From an uncultured Nitrospiraceae bacterium (GTDB taxonomy: Bacteria > Nitrospirota > Thermodesulfovibrionia > Thermodesulfovibrionales > Dissulfurispiraceae), in NCBI GenBank assembly GCA_963705105.1, contig CAVPIW010000007.1, positions 256,001 through 320,000 of the forward strand: a DNA stretch of 64,000 nt, read 5' to 3'. The translations under genes and the position numbers were made by a program. A model generated the notes under the pieces. The model was not told the origin of the DNA. It saw only the letters and a list, made by a program, of their open reading frames with translations, and ran no database searches. Shown piece by piece: positions 62,221-64,000 of the stretch. Within the stretch, counting starts at the first letter, position 1. Each line of letters starts with the position of its first letter.

Positions 62221-62892
62221 ATGAAGGGAAAGACCATTTTGATTACCGGCGCCAGTTCCGGCATCGGCAGGGCGAGCGCACTCCGCTTCGCTTCGGAACG
62301 CGCGAACCTGATTCTCACCTATAAGAAAAAGAAGGTCGAAGGCGAGGACACGGAGCGGCGCTGCAGGGAGGCCGGTTCCTCGGAGACCCTCCTGCTGAAG
62401 ATGGATGCGCTGAAAGATGCGGACATCGCAGCGGCCGTTGAGGCGGTGAAGAAATCCTTCGGTACCGTCGACATTCTGATCAATAACGCCGGCACCAATA
62501 TCCTGAAGACCTTCAGTGAAATCACGGGAAACGACATTGAACTCCAGCTTCGCACGAACCTTGAAGGGCTGATCAAAATCACTCATGCCTTTCTCCCCAT
62601 CGTCAGAGAGGGGATCATAAATATCGGGAGTTTTCTCGGCAAGAATCCCTCCGAGGATTTTGCGGTCTACTGCGCGTCGAAATACGGTGTTCGCGGTTTC
62701 ACCCAGGCCCTTGCGCTGGAGTATCCCAAGCTGAAGATCTGCTGCTTCAACCCGGACATGACGGCGACGCCGCTGACGGGTTACCAGGGAAGATCGCCCG
62801 AGAAGGTGGCGGACCTCCTGTACCGGACCGCAGCAGGAGAAATAGCCTGTGCTGACGGCGGAGACGTCGACGTCTGGGTTTTGGATAAATAG
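62221..62892 (+). CDS. Short-chain dehydrogenase/reductase
   Basis: TGASSGIG, NNAG, YCASK. Confidence 0.93.
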   Translation: MKGKTILITGASSGIGRASALRFASERANLILTYKKKKVEGEDTERRCREAGSSETLLLKMDALKDADIAAAVEAVKKSFGTVDILINNAGTNILKTFSEITGNDIELQLRTNLEGLIKITHAFLPIVREGIINIGSFLGKNPSEDFAVYCASKYGVRGFTQALALEYPKLKICCFNPDMTATPLTGYQGRSPEKVADLLYRTAAGEIACADGGDVDVWVLDK

Positions 62893-62926
62893 GGTGCTGT
62901 TTATACACTCACAGAGTTGAAGTGTA

Positions 62927-63201
62927 CCTTTCTGTTGCATGAAAAGGCTGGGCGAAGCGCTCTGAAAAACAGTGTCAGTGACAGTGTGAGTGTCAGCAAA
63001 AGTTCACATTTTTTCAGCCGGCGGCCTGAAATAGCTTCATCGATGTCGGGCGTTCGGGGAACGGCCCCTACACTATTTCATCCTTATGTGTCATCGACCA
63101 TTGGCGTATAGTTCATCTCTCGCTTTGATACAGGTGTCGCCGCATCAAGGTTTTCGGCGCATTCACCCAGCCTTTCCCGCAAGTGCATTGCAACGATGAG
63201 G
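62927..63201. mobile_element. Modular MITE (A ... REP-like insert ... B)
   Basis: Both ends intact, flanks TGTA/TCTA; shares its internal module with copy 1. Confidence 0.88.
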
Positions 63202-63202
63202 T

Positions 63203-64000
63203 CTACCTGACGATGGGAGACCGGTCTGCGCTGAAGGGATTGAGCCGGACGGCGAGAGAGAAGAGATAGGGATAGTTTTTCTTGAGGTATTCCAGGTAAT
63301 CCACCCACTGTCGTGCCATCAGGCCGTAGACCCTCTTGACGTCATGGGCGAGATGATCGAGGTCGGTTTTCGGAAGATCCGAGAAATCGGACCGGTGAAT
63401 GAGCTCCTCCTTCAGGTGGAGCACCGCCCTCATCAGCTCCGAGAAGGCCTCGTGTTCGAGAAGATAGGGATTTTGAAGGATCCTGAGGAAGAGCGGTGTG
63501 TTGTCACGGAGAAAGGTGCGGAGATTCGGCATGTCGATGTGGCGGACATCGACTGTAAAGGAATGACCCTTCATCCTTGTACGCACCCTTTCGAAGTCCG
63601 CCTCTGACCACTGGGGTTTCACGCTGAGCTCTTCGCGGATGTCCTGCACGTGAAGGTCCGCCGCGGCAAAAGACGAGAGCAGGTCCGTGCCGACCTCGCC
63701 GTAAAACAGTTCGATCACCATGTTGATCTTCTCCCGCCTGAGCAGCCGCTCCCTCCGTTTCAGCAGCATGTCCGTCGTACTGGCAAAGAAGGCGAGGAAT
63801 GTGCCGACGCCGAGGATGATGACGAACATGGCAAGCAGCTTTCCTTCGCGGCTGAGCGGGTGAATGTCGCCGTACCCCACTGTGGCGAGGGTGACCACCG
63901 TGAAATAGACGGCATCGGCGGGATGGAGGTGCTCGATATAGGTGAAACCGACGGTGCCGATGAGCAGGATGGCGACCAGCAGGAGCGAGAATATCTTTAG
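63203..64000 (-). CDS. Two-TM potassium channel family protein (5' end outside the window)
   Basis: TLATVGYGD selectivity filter; frame open to the window edge. Confidence 0.88.
   Translation of the reverse strand, partial: LKIFSLLLVAILLIGTVGFTYIEHLHPADAVYFTVVTLATVGYGDIHPLSREGKLLAMFVIILGVGTFLAFFASTTDMLLKRRERLLRREKINMVIELFYGEVGTDLLSSFAAADLHVQDIREELSVKPQWSEADFERVRTRMKGHSFTVDVRHIDMPNLRTFLRDNTPLFLRILQNPYLLEHEAFSELMRAVLHLKEELIHRSDFSDLPKTDLDHLAHDVKRVYGLMARQWVDYLEYLKKNYPYLFSLAVRLNPFSADRSPIVR

Overview
GC-rich bacterial chromosomal segment; gene content and the protein-only RNase P suggest Nitrospirota/Thermodesulfovibrionia or a deltaproteobacterium-like lineage (inference only). The backbone is mostly housekeeping: methylcitrate operon prpBCD, HARP-rlmH-rsfS-rsmE, hrcA(CIRCE)-grpE-dnaK-dnaJ, polyamine genes, a partial T2SS cluster, polysaccharide genes, moaA-cpoB-pal, two-component systems, glgA-galT, RNase Z-like/surE/pcm, ABC efflux, oxoprolinase, diadenylate cyclase, P-type ATPase and a K+ channel. 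The most striking feature is non-coding. About 21 units of one MITE-like family sit at 16 intergenic loci (about 4.4 kb, roughly 7% of the window). They have CCTT-N4-TTGCA...AAAGGCGGGG asymmetric terminal inverted repeats and 4-bp AT-rich target-site duplications (perfect in 8 copies). Their internal arms are combined in different pairings, and they insert into one another. A second hotspot (35.5-38.8 kb) holds a RAYT with two derivative copies, two textbook integron attC sites without an integrase (one only 48 bp) and two toxin-antitoxin pairs. Other points: an apparent AUA start for rsfS, several probable leaderless genes, two frameshifted genes, and restriction-gene debris beside TA modules. 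All coordinates were read by eye and no database searches were run.
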